DNA of 64,000 nucleotides from Vicugna vicugna (taxonomy: Eukaryota). The translations under genes were made by a program, and so were the position numbers. Below, in pieces: positions 47,581 through 60,369 of the stretch (position 1 is the stretch's first letter; every line of letters begins with the position of its first letter). The DNA is taken from contig MU058687.1 of assembly GCA_013265495.1 (NCBI GenBank), positions 186,001-250,000 of the forward strand, in the 5' to 3' direction. The notes under the pieces were generated by a model. That model was not told the DNA's origin. It ran no database searches and saw nothing but the letters and a program-made list of their open reading frames with translations.

Positions 47581-50574
47581 GAGTCAGAGCCAAGCCTGGG
47601 CAGAGGCACTACTCATAGCCGATGTATCCACCCTGGGCTCCTGCCTGGCCCTGACTTCCGGTCTTTCTTCCAATGCATATCAAAGCTCCCCATGATGCTG
47701 AATGAAGCAAAAGGCCCAGCCCCTTTACCCAACCCCAGCCTACCCCATCAGTGGCCACAGGATCCATCCAACTAAGCTGAACACAAATCCTTCTCCAATT
47801 GTGGGCCCATAAGCCACTTGCCCCTTGACTGTCACTCGCTGCCCCCACACTACATGCAGGACAACTGGGAAAATGCCAGTCCCACTATTGTCTCTGCTCC
47901 ACTTTTTTTCCCTCAAGGCTTCCCACCCCTGCCTAGACCATGGCCAGGGACATGAGCCTGTGGATCTGTTCACCTCGTGCCAAGACATGGCTGGGATGGA
48001 CCTCAAAACACCAAGGTGTCTATCTAGGATGCCAGGGGGCAGTGGTAAGGGGCCCTCCTTAGAGGAGCCCAGCATGGCCCAGCTGGCCTTCCAGTCCAGG
48101 CTCATATCCTGAAAAGCTCTCTCTCAGATACTCGGGGGCCTCTGGCTACAGCCAGACTGTGCAAGTGGCCTGTAACTGCCATCTTGGACCAGCTAAAGGT
48201 GCCCAGGCCCTAGACAGACTTTCCCTCTGGGCATAGTGCAACCATCTGCAATGCTATGTGCCCTCCTCTAACTGGGAGTTCACACCCAGGCTGAAGGGCC
48301 CCATTTCTTCAAGCCTCTGGACACACATGTCCTGTTCTCAAGGGGTACATAAAACTAATAAGGAAGGAGACGCCAGCCACAGAGATGAGGCCCTGCCTCC
48401 CACAAGTGTCAGTTCCCCTGGGGGTGTGAGAAAGCAGGCCCCGTGATGTGCCTGTGCCAAGTCCAGAGGGAGTCCCCGGATTATCACTTCTCCAGACTGA
48501 ACTTCAGCTCTGAAAGGCAGCGGCCAGGCTGATAGGCCAGGGAGTCATGAGTCCCAGGGGTCTCAGCCGCCAAGCTGACCGGGCTCAACCGGGGTTTGAG
48601 CTGGCTGCAGTTCGAGCTTTGACCGTAAAAAAGGCAATACTAAGATGTTTCTAAAAGGATACTTGTGAGAGGGAAATCCTTTGCCTTATGAGGCACTCCC
48701 AGGGCTTCCTTCAGACGTTGACCTCTATCATCCCCTCCCCCACCGCCCCACAGACAAGCCCACGATGTCCATGTGAGCCAGGAGAACCATGTCCGTTTTA
48801 CTGGAGGGAAGCTGCAGCAGATAGGAAACATCGAGTCCCAGGCAGGGCCAGGAAAGGATAGAGCCTCCAGGCCCAGCTTTCACCCACACTTGGGGGGTAG
48901 CTGCCTCCCTCCTAGGCAAGGGCCACAGAGGATTACAGGCAGCCCAGGAAACCCCTTCCACAGGATTCAGGACTCCCAGGGTGAAGTGGAAGCTGGCAGG
49001 CCTGGGCTCTCCCCAGAAGAGACGGAGCAAGTGTCCCTGCAGCCAGCCCTGGAGCGGACCTCACAACCCTCTCATACCCTACAGGGCTCATGCCACCAGA
49101 GTCTGCACCAGCTCCCCTTCCCCTTCTGGAAGGGCCTGGCTCACCAGCAGGTCTAGAGCAGGGCTCTCTGGAGTCTGCCTGAGCCCCAGTGCCAGACTCT
49201 GCCCTACACCAACATACAGAGAAGACCACTCACAGGGACCCACCTTAACATGGCCTTGCCCTGCCTACACCCCTGCCCCCCATACACACACCCTCTGTAG
49301 CCCTGCAGATCAGCCCATTGCCCCTTCATCCACTCAATAAACATTTGCTCAGCACTGGCTGTAAGCCAGGCTCTGGGGAGACACAGGAGACAAGGTACAG
49401 TCCCTGCCCACATAGAGCTCCCAGCCCAGTGGGGGAGAAAAACAGAAACACACATTGATTATAATGCAAGGTGGCCTATCCTGGGTCTAGAAATACACAC
49501 AGGGAACAGGTGACCCTGGGAAGAGTTCCCTGACTTTGAGCCTTTGTTGGAGCTATTCCCTCTGCCTGGAAGTCCTGCCTCCACTCTGACAACCTGCCTC
49601 CTATCAGTCCTATCTCCTCCAGGCAGACCTCTGGCACATACTGTTCTCACCCTTTCTGAATCTTCAAGCTTTTACTCGGTTTTAACCACTATCCCATAAT
49701 GCTTCTTTAATTTTCCTTTCTGTTTCTGCACCAAGGCTGGAAGAAGCAGGGCCTGGAGGTAGTGTGGCCCAATGGAGAGGGCAGTAAACTGGCTATCAGA
49801 TACCTATGTGTCTAGTCCAGGAGTCACCACTCACTAGTTTCTACCTTTGAGGAATTTAGGTGCCCAGGGAGGGGCAGGGGGGACAAGGCCTGAGTCCAGG
49901 CATCACCTTTGTAATGAGCAACTGCCACATGAAATAATACCCACTAGCAATGCCCACGTGTCCAATGTGTGTGAGGACTACTTACTAGCATAACCACTTA
50001 CTCCTATCTGAGAAGCGAGGAAAGGTTGGCTTTGAAAAGTAACTTGTTCCAGATCACAGCCTGAGGTCACCAGTGGGGAGCCAGGCTTCAAATCCAAGCT
50101 GGCTGACTCCAAACCAGGACTCCATCACACCCTGCTGCCTATCTATGTTGAGCAGTGCTTCTCAAACCCACCCTTGAGAGATTGGTCCATGGGTCTGGTA
50201 ACAGGGGGCAGGACCAAGGTGGGAAATCTGCAGTGCTTCATAAGCAGCCAGGAGGTGCCCGGGTGCTAGAAGAGGGGAAAGGCTAGAGGGTCATGGCCTG
50301 ACACAGTGCAGTTTCCAAGGATCCACTGCTCCTCACTCCCCAGGTAGCTGCCTGCCAGGGTGCTGTGCCCTGCCCAGGAGGCATGAGGGGTCCTGGGTCG
50401 GCCTTGCTCTCAGCTAGTCCTAGGGCTGACCGTGGCTCTTACAGTGCCTGAGGCCCAGCTGAGCGCTTGTGTTTACTGAGCGCTTACTATTTTGCCAGGC
50501 ACTGTGCTGAGTGTGTTGCAGGCAATATCTCATTTAACCCTCACTCTTCTTTGTCTCATTTTACAGGTTTAGAA

Positions 50575-51545
50575 TGCTATAGTCAAAAGTATCTATTTAA
50601 GGGTGGGGAAGGGTATAACTCAGGGGGAGAGTATGTGCTAGCATGCATAAGATCCTGGGTTCAATTCCCAATACCTCCATTAAAAAAAAACAATTACTAA
50701 ATAAATAAATAGACCTAATTACCCCCAAAAACACTTTTAAAAAAATTATCTATTTAACACAAAAGAAGACAGTGATGCAGTAACAGAGAAACAGAAATGA
50801 CATTAGACAGATAGAAGTCAAATAGCAAAATGTAGACAGAACTCTGATCTTATCAATAATTAGTTTAAATGTAAATAGATTAAATACCCCAATTTAAAGG
50901 CAGAGGTTGGGAAAATGGGTTAAAAAAAAAACATGACCCACTGTTTACAAGAGACACACAATTTAGATTCAGAAACACAAACAGGTTGAAAGTAAAAGGA
51001 TGGAAAAAGATACACCATACAAAGAGTAACCAGAAGAGAGCTAGAAAGGCTATGCTAATACTAGATAAAATAGACTTTAGGAGAAAAATCCCTATTATAG
51101 ACAAAGAAGGATATTTTTAATGATAAAAGTGTCTATACATCAAATGGATATTATAATTATAAATATATATGCACCTAATGACAGAGCCCCCGAAGTACAA
51201 CTGTCAGAACTGAAAAGAGAAATAGACAATTCAACAATAATAGTTGAAGACGTCAATACTACACTTTCAATAATGGGTAGAACAACTTAACAGAAGACCA
51301 ACAAGGAAATAGAAGACTTAAAAACTACAAAGCAAATAGACCTAACAGATAACTACGTGACATCCCACCCAATCACGGCAGAATACACATTCTTCTCAAG
51401 GGCACACAGAATATTCTCCAGAATAATCATAAATTAGGTCATAAAATAAGTCTCAATAAATTTAAAAGGGTTGAAATCATACAAAGTATGTTCTCAAATC
51501 AAAATGAGATAAAAACAGAAATCAAAAGTAGAAGGAAATTTGGGG
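50575..51545 (+). mobile_element. L1 fragment covering the ORF2 endonuclease region
   Basis: ttaaatgtaaatagattaaatacccc, aaatatatatgcacctaatgacagagcc, gcagaatacacattcttctcaag, aagtctcaataaatttaaaagg; frames disrupted. Confidence 0.9.
50601..50746 (+). mobile_element. tRNA-derived SINE (vic-1-like) nested in L1
   Basis: Head gggaagggtataactcag, B box ggttcaattccc, 11-bp TSD tatctatttaa (50590-50600 and 50747-50757). Confidence 0.88.
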
Positions 51546-54500
51546 AATATACAGGAAGTGAAGGTTAGAAGTAACTTGTCACGTTCTCACAGCTCAGAAG
51601 GGCCACTCCCTACTTACTCAGACCATGTTCTCCACACCTTCTGCACAGCCCAAGGAAGCCACAGAACTCAGACTTCTGCAAATGCCTGGGGAGCCCCTCT
51701 CCCAGCTCCCATACCAGACACACACTGAACCTGACCCCAAGCTTGATCCCAGAATCAAAACAGCTGGGGGAGAGAGAGGGCCCTTTAGGGCTGTAACAGC
51801 TTGCTATGCAGCCCAGCTTCTTCCTGGGAAAATGGCCATAAGCAAATATTTTCACTCCCCCAGGCAGTCTAGAGTATCCAAAAGGGGGATCCTTCCCAAA
51901 AGAAGGACTTCCCAACTAGGCACCTTATTGTCCCCATTCTACAGAGGGAAAATGAGGCTCTGTTATTAAGATGACAGAAGCAAGATTCAAATCCTTGTTG
52001 CCTGCCGTTAAAGTTCCTAGTCTTTCCATCATCCTTCCAGAAAAATCCCAAATCCACACTTCTGGTGGGCATTCAGAAGGAATGCTACACGTGAGAACCC
52101 CACAAAGCCAGCTGTGGACCCTCCCCTTTCTCATGCTCCCTCCCAGAACGGCTGCTTTTCCTGGGGCCATTTCCAAGTACAGCATAGCATAACACTCCCC
52201 CCAAAACAATCCCAGCCTCGGTCTGCCAGAAACTCAAGATGCTCCCCTCAAGATCAGGAGCATCTATCTGTAAGACCCCCTGGAAGCTAGGAGAGCCCAG
52301 AAGGTTTTGAGGTGGTGGTACTGCAGAGGTGAGTTGGGAACTGCAGAGTAAGCAGGGTCGTCTTCTGGAACAAGAACCTCCAAACCACAAGGAGAAAGGT
52401 GGCTGGTGCCTCTCTTCAGAGCCAACCAGCCAAGCAGAGCCCAGCTGGGGAAGCTGAACCGATTCCAAATATCAAGGGATGTTGGAGTTCACTCAGCCCA
52501 ATTCCTTATTCCACAGAGCAGCCCAGAGAAGGAGAGAAACCTCCCTGCAGATACACAGCCAGGAGCAAGGTGTGGCTCAGAATTGAGGACTCCAATAACA
52601 GTGCTTCGGGCCTCCATTTAGGAGGCCTTTTGGCAAGACACTGGGCAGGGCTTGGAGCCAAGGTGAAACTCCAACATCACAAAAATAAGGCTTCTGCCTC
52701 ACCATTATGACCATCTCTGACATTTCTTGAGGGTGCCACTAAGTGCCAAGCATGGTGCTGAGCACTCTACACACATGATCCTGTTTAGTCCTCACAAGAT
52801 AGGAATTATTACACTCCCTTTTCTCAGCGAGGCACCTAAAAATCCAAGATCACAGGAGTACAGACAGAATGCCAGGACTGGAACCTAGAGTCCTTTCTGC
52901 AGGGCTTCAGGCTCAGCCTCCTGCTTGGGGGCCACATCAGGCTATTTGGAACAGATGGCAGCAGCCTCTGGGCTGTTCACATCTTCTCCCTGGAGAGCAG
53001 CTTCAGCCGGCCTGGAATCCACTGTCATGTCCTGGAAGTGTGGCTGGTCAGGAAAGGTGAGTGAGAGAGGCCTGGGAGGTGAGCAGCTTTGAAGATGAGG
53101 GCACTACTGGTGATTGTCACCACTAGGCCAACCTGTGAAGGCTCAACATCTTCAGTTCAAGAGGAAGCCACATCTCTCCCACGCTCTCCAACCCCACACC
53201 CACAGTTGGCCAACAGCTCTTTAAAAATAAAGTCTTGACTTGCCCCAAATCTTCACAGCCCAAGCTCTGCCCCTTCCCCTGGCACCCTGAAGTCTGTGTC
53301 AAGTCAGTCCATGCTTGGGTTCCTACTAGTGCCAATGGCCCCCACCCAGGGCGCTGAGCATCAGCTCTAACCACAGCAACCCACCTCTTTGAATGGGGCT
53401 CTCAAGAATTCAAATCCCAAAATAACAGTTGTTCACTGTACATCCTGAATAAGAGAGACAGATAGTGCCCAGCCACCCCAAAGATCATTGGTCCAAATCT
53501 CTATTTCATGGCTAACGGAACTGAAGCCCTGAGAGGTAAAATGACTTGCTCAAGAACACACGCTGATTACTCGGGTAGAGCTGTGGTCATGGCCTCCCAG
53601 GGAATATTCTCACACTCAGCACTCCCTCAGACCTGGCACTGCCTCATCTCCGCAGCAGGGAGGTGGCACGAGCTGGGGGACGGAGAAGGGAGATGTCTAG
53701 TGTGTGATGTCTTCATCAGCTCGGCCTCTCCTGCCTGGCCAGCTGCAGAAAGAGCCAAGACCTACCTGATGGCCTGAGGGAAGGGGAGGAGTTCTGGGGG
53801 GGGGGTGCAGAATCCTGCTGGTTTGGAGGGAAAGAATAGGGATGATATGGCTCCCCAATGCCTGTAGGTGACCAAGAAGCACAAAAACTTGCTGCCAGCG
53901 GGGGCGGTAGGGGGGATCTCAACATGGCTGCCTGGGGCCTCTTTAGACAGACGACAGCATGGGCACAGAGAGCTGAGCCGCCTGCCCCACTTGCCCAGCC
54001 ATCCAGTCAGTGTCATGGCCTTTCTCAGGCCCCGGTCAAGATCCAGGGCCTCTGCCAAATGCTCACACATTCCTTGCATTTCTCCAGACTCTCAGCAGCT
54101 GCTGCAGGCCCTTTTCTCCTGTGTTGATTTATTCTTTATTGTTCCTGAAATACACCCAGAGGCCTTTGGCACCGGGCACCAGCAGAGCATCCAGCCCAAG
54201 CCCCAAGTACACACCAGCCAGGCTCTCTGGGACCTATGCCAAGCCAGCTGGAGTGATGGGCCCTGGTGTCAGATCCAGCAGCCAGGAAGCCCAAAATCCC
54301 ACCCATCTCCAGCCTGTGGTCCCAAAGCCATTCTCAGGACTACAGAGGCTGGGATACTTGAGGAGAAGGAGACACTTGGGAGGTCTCTGGAAGGCCGAAT
54401 CTGAGCCCTTCAATTCCTCCCATGCATGAGTGACACCCCCAGCCTACTCCTCCCCTCCAACACACACACACAGCTGACCCCTACATGCCTGTCATCCTCC

Positions 54501-54709
54501 ACAGCAGGGCCTTGTGGCTCAGGCTGGGTTTCTGGCTGCCCTGTGAAGTGTTTGGAGTGGGAGGCCTCAGGGGGGTCTTCCCCACCCTTCCCAGCCCAAA
54601 ATATCTCCCCTATCAGCCAGTTTAATGGTGCCTGAATTCCTACCATCAACACTTCATTCCAAGGGTCAAAGCATTGTCCCCTGTGTACATGAAAATAGCA
54701 TAGAGTGTG

Positions 54710-54910
54710 GGGACTATGTGGTAAAAAGACGGCTTTAGGGTCAAACAGAATGTGTCCTGGCTTCGCCAGTCACCTGCCTCTCTGTGTTCCTCAGTTTCCC
54801 TACTAGTAAATGAGCACAATATCTTCATCTCATAGTTGTGGTGGGATGAAACAAGGTATATATATGTATGAAAGATGAAGTGCCTGGCACAAGGTACAGG
54901 CTCAACAAGT
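54710..54910 (+). mobile_element. MIR SINE
   Basis: cctctctgtgttcctcagtttccctactagtaaatg...gtgcctggcaca. Confidence 0.6.
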
Positions 54911-56185
54911 GTGGTTTCATTTCCCCCTTGCTGGGCAGGGGCAGCATCATTTTTAGTCTCCAACACCTGGAGGGGAAGGAAATGGTCTGATTCCTCTAGG
55001 TCCCCAGCCAGCTGAGAGCAGGGCTGGCCAGGCAGGAACAGGACAAGGAGACCAGGAGTCCCGCAACAGGGTCGGGCTCTGCAGGCATGCAGGGCATCTG
55101 GCCTACAGCCCCAGGAGGAGCATGCTCAGCACAGGCCTCCCCTGGGCTTGGCTGAGCCAGCAGGGCCTGCAAGGACATGGTGGGACAAGAGTCCCCAGAC
55201 AGAAACTGGCAGGGCTTTCGAGCCCACAATGGAGCCTCCACCCTCCTGGGCTCAGTCTAAGCAATAAAAGGGAAGGTGCTGGGGAGAGGGCAGCCACAGA
55301 AGGCCTGAGCAGGGACGCCAGAGGCACCGGGGCCCGCAGGGAGCAAGTAAGCCTGCCCCGAGGCCCCCACAGTGAGTGTCCCACAAGTGGAAGCGCCCGC
55401 CTGGTTATTTTTGGCAACTCTTCTGCCCAAAGCCAGCAAGGAGAGGCAGCTGCTAGCAACACGGAAGGGCTGTTAACGCTCAAGTGTGCAAGCACCCTGC
55501 AGGGACAAAAAGAGAGCCCCAGCGGCCACCACACAGAAGGCCTCTGCCCGCCTTCCTCTCCCGACTGTCCCTGTAAGGTCCAAGCTGTGCACAGCCCAGC
55601 CCACAGCGCGTGGGCACTTCTGCTTTCACTCAGATCCAGCCTCCCAACCGCAAAGCTCTCACACACACAAACAGACAAATAAATAACTATGGAGCCAGCT
55701 GAAGACAGAGCCACACCCAGGAGCCGAGACAGTATTCCTCTGGGCTCTTCCTGCACTGAAGGAGCCTGCCCCATTTCCCAGCTGGGAGGGGCAGGGGCCA
55801 GGGGCAGGACATAGGAGCAGCTCCTCTTTCCTCCCTCCTAAGGCGAAAGTGGGGACGGTCTACTGGAACCTCAGAGAACTCATTGCCTCCCAGCTTCCCC
55901 ATCTGAAAGTGAAGGAGTTGCACTAGATGTCCCAAAGTGTCTAGCTCTGGGATGACTCCTGGGAGCTGGAGAGCCCAGGACTATGACCGGGGGAACCAGC
56001 TGGAGGGTCAGACAGAAGAAGGTGAGGTGGCTGGGAGGCTGAGGCCAGCCAGGTGTGCGCCCCAAGAGCTGCCAGTAGGCTGGGAGGAGGAGGAGGGGAA
56101 AAAGGAGGAAAGGAGAGAAAGGCCAGCTATATGCACTCTTGGGACTTTGAGTTACCACTCAGGTCTGTTTCTGAGCTCCTTTCTG

Positions 56186-56326
56186 TTTTTGTGTTTTTGT
56201 TTGGGGGTGGGTGGTAGTTAGGTTTATTTATTTAGCTAATTGTTTTAATGGAGGCACTGGGGATTGAACCGAGGACCTCTTGCATACTAAGCATGTTCTC
56301 TAACCACTGAGCTATACCCTCCCCAC
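56186..56326 (-). mobile_element. tRNA-derived SINE (vic-1-like)
   Basis: Reverse A/B boxes; 16-bp TSD tct(g/a)agctcctttctg (56170-56185 and 56327-56342). Confidence 0.88.
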
Positions 56327-57444
56327 TCTAAGCTCCTTTCTGAGGAGCCTGCCCCTCCAAGGAACTGGCAAATTCTGGCAACAGCAGGCTGGATTGAGGC
56401 CTCTGTCGGCCCAGTTGCTGGAAAAAGCTAGGACTCGAAATCCCTCATTGTTTTCCTTCCTCTCTGGACCCCATTTCCCCAGAAAAGTTGGGTGGCCTCA
56501 GAGGGAACCCCCTTCTGGCTGCAAGCCTGGTGTACTTCCCTCTCTCCAAGCTTCGGCCTGGACAAACCTCGCCCTGGCTGCTCCCCTCCCCCTTTCCTGA
56601 GACTCCTGGAGGAAGAAGCACTGCTTGGAAAAAATAACACTCACCACGAGCTCCCTGTGGCTGGAAAGAACGGCAGAGGGAACAGGGAGCACCCTCCCGA
56701 GCTGGCCACAGCACCAGGCTGTGTTCCAGGAAGAGTAAGATCAAGAACCACTGCCAGGGATGCCTCAGGCTTCCAGCCCCTCTCCTTTCCACCAGCCCCG
56801 GAAAACCACAGCCAGCAAGTTGAGGCCCTCAGGGAACCCCCACCCCCACCCTAGCAAAACCCCAGGTCTCTTCTGACATGTGGCAACTTTCTTCTTATAT
56901 AACATCTTGGTGTCCCACCCCCTACTCCACTCCCACCCCTCACTCCACCCCAGCTATTTCAATTGGTGAAAGAGCCAAAGTGCTCTTAGGAGTGACAACT
57001 CCCACCTCAGGCTCCACCCAAACTTCCACTGAGGTCACACTGGGAGGCTTCAGGTGAAGCAAAGACAAGGGGACTTTTTCCCAGTCTGAGAAAGCAGCCT
57101 TCCTCTCACCCACGTGAGCAGTTCAGCCTGAGGCCTGGGCGGGTAGGTTCCGGGGAGCACAATGTGATCTCTGGGAAGTTGAGCCCTTAACCCTCGGCTG
57201 CAGGCACAGAATCTCTGCAGTGGTACACAGGCAACAGGCTCTGGGCTGGTCTAGGCTAGAGTGTATCACACAGTTGCGCCCAGGGCCTAGGGAGTTTGAA
57301 AATGAGCTTCATTTTCACAAGCCCCAGCAGCCTGGAAGAGTACCCTCCTACCACAAGCAAGAAACCCTTTATTTCCTCTTCCCTGGAAGAAACGAAAGAC
57401 AAATAGGAGCTGGGCTTGGTCAGAACCAGTAAAATGCCAGCCAT

Positions 57445-57620
57445 CATCTACTGAGTACCTACTATCTGCCAGTCATTTTGCAGGCATATTTTTCCACAGC
57501 AACCCTTTGAAAAGTTATTATCCCCATTTTATAGGTGAGGAAACTGAGGCTCAGGAAGTTAAGCAATGCCCAAAGCTACACAGCCAGTGGGGAAGCTGGA
57601 GCATGAACCCAAGTCTGCCC
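57445..57620 (-). mobile_element. MIR SINE
   Basis: tatccccattttataggtgaggaaactgaggctcagg core. Confidence 0.8.
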
Positions 57621-58439
57621 AGGCCCTGTTCTTTTGCATCCACCAGGCTTCTGTCAGAGTCACTGGCCAGGTTACCGTCCACACACCATCCAGGAATGGT
57701 GTTCTGAGTGTAGGGGTGGAAATAGGTGTGGACAGTTTTGCTTGATGGCTCTGGAATCTGAACTGATGCCCCACTAACTGTTATTGCTCCCAAGTGTGTG
57801 AGTATGAGAGCCCCTGTAAGTGTGTATGTGTTGGGGGTGGAGGGAGGGTGATCTGGATTCCAAATAGCAGTTTCCAACACCGAAGTTATGCTGTAATGCT
57901 TCTGATTCATAAAGTGAGCTCACAGTTTCACAGTATCCCGAACGTTGCTTTGAATGCAAATAAAGATCCCATAAGTAAGAACTGGGGATTTCAGCACACT
58001 CCACCCAGCTCCAGCTGAGCTCGCACTTTATTCAGTTCAGCCCCACACAGTCAGAGCACTCCTGTGCAGCAGCTACCCTTCCAAAGGAACTCAACCTCTG
58101 GCTGCATTTCCTGCAGCCTGCAGAGTATCAGGGAAGAATGGAGCCCCCAGGCTGCTTCTGTACTCACGCATGCACACACACAGAACAGGTGCCTATTGAC
58201 CTGGCCAAAGGAAATGCCCAAGTTAGCAGATTCCCAGGCGGGAGGCTTCACACTCTTTCACCCTGAGGTCCTGCTGGGGTCAGGATGGCTGGGACGTGCT
58301 CTCCAGAAGGTCAGCCATAGGGCAGTGCCAGGAGACTGGCTTCACCAGTACCAGAATCACACATGGACCAACCCTTCTGAAACCAATGGCACAGTAGAGG
58401 GCCCCAGCAGTAGGACTCACTGGGCCTACCACATTGTTT

Positions 58440-58585
58440 TGTTGTTGTTTTAATAAATGTTGGCTCTCTATTTACTTATTTATCTGTCTATTCATTTATT
58501 TATTCAATGGAGGTCCTGGGGCTTGAACCCAGGACCTTGTTCACACTAAACATGTGCTCTACCACTGAGTTATACCCACCCCCTC
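58440..58585 (-). mobile_element. tRNA-derived SINE (vic-1-like)
   Basis: aatggaggtcctggggcttgaacccaggacc...ctctaccactgagttataccc with T-rich tail. Confidence 0.85.
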
Positions 58586-60369
58586 AAAGTTCACGTTGTT
58601 TTTGATGGAGATCTTTCCTTCTTTTTGTTCAACTAACATTTACTAAACACCTACTAAATGCCAGATATTATGAGAACATTATAGAGCACATATTAGAGCA
58701 GAGGCTATGATAATGCTGAAACGTGCTTTCAGCATTCGAAGTATATGTGCTAACTCGCAGAATCCTCACAACTCTATGAAGAAGGTAGAGAGACTCTAGC
58801 TCCCAGTTTGTGTTGTTAACCACCATTCTATAGTATGTACACAAATGGCTACAAAGGTGGAAATGAGTGTTCAGAAGAAGGCTTCTCCAAAGAAATGGCA
58901 TTTGAAACAGCATTAGAAGGATAATAAGCAGGAATCTCCCAGCCACTTGCGACCATCCCCACTCCACCATGAGCAAGGTTTCCCTCTGGGAAACTCAACT
59001 GCAGGAGAGGGGCTGTCAAGAACAAGAATTCCTGGACTGGGCCCACTCCCCTTCCAGGGCACTGTCCCATGCAGACAAGGGCCCAGAGAGAGAGGCCTTG
59101 GCTCCACTGGGCAGCTCTTCCCTGAGTTCTGCACCCTCAGGAGGCCTTCAGCTGATATCTGTAACTGTATATTGTCTTTTTTTTCTCCCCTCCATTTACT
59201 AAAAGCAGCAGCCCACAGGACTAAACACTTGAGCCATTTTTAAATCCCACATTTAAAAGTTGAACTCTCATCCTCATGGGCACTTCAAAGTAGTTTTTCC
59301 TAGGGTGGGGTGAGGGGCTGGCAGAGTCAGGGGGAGTGTGGGTTCTGCCTGGTGCTTGGAGAAGCCACACTGGCAGTGGTCTGGCTGTTCCAGAGCAAGT
59401 TGCATGGTTGGGGATGGGGGGAAGGGACCCTCCAGGTTCTTCACCCCCTGGTCCCCTGGGAGCTACTCAGACCACAGTAGCCAGCCAGAGGCCAATACAA
59501 TTAGAATGGAGACTAGGCCAGAGCCATGCAATGAGATGGTTTATCATAGTAATTGAATATTTACACCCCTATTATTCACTGTCCAGAGCTGAAAAAAGAG
59601 GACCCATAAATTCCTAACCTGGGATGGTTTCTCCATTCCCCTCCATCCTGAAGCCATCTAACAGCCTGTGAAAAAGCTGCATTTCTCTGATGCTAAAGGG
59701 GCCCGGGCCACACCATCCCTAGGAGGTTCTGGAGCAAGTCAGGTGGTTTTCTCCCCTCAGCCAGCGCCCCACAAGAGAGGAGAGGCTTCTCCTCAGAGCT
59801 GTGGTTCTTCCACCTTCACCAGGCCTCCAGTCTCAATCCTGAAGCTGCTAGGCCAAGGAGAGGCCAGACCTCCAAGCTGCCACCAGGCCAGGCTCCCTCT
59901 GCTGGAGCAAGCTAGACCTCCCCTCCCCCAGCCATAACTGCCAACAGGGATCCCCTGCAGACACGTGCCAAGGTGGCCTCCATAGTCACTCAGGGCCAGC
60001 CAGCACTTCCCCATCCCACACTCCCCTGAGCAAGGCTCCACAGGCTGGCATACAGGCCCCACGTGGGATGGTGGAAGCAGGAAGTAGCCACAAAAGTTGT
60101 GACCAACAAAGTTTTAAATGGGGGCGAGCAACTTCCCCTTTCAGCCTTCCAGCATCTGGCTCTGGAGGCTGGGCTGGAATACCCACGGCCCCCGCCCCCC
60201 TTTGAGTGGCAGGTACCTCTTGCAGGTCTGCCTTCCTTGGGACTTAAGCCTGAAAGACCCAGGCCCTCATCCAGAAGCCTGGGTGGGGGCCCTCCAGGTG
60301 CAACCTGGTGCACACGCTCCTGGATGTGTGAGCTGAAAGAGAGGTATGACTATCTCCACCAAGCCGGCC

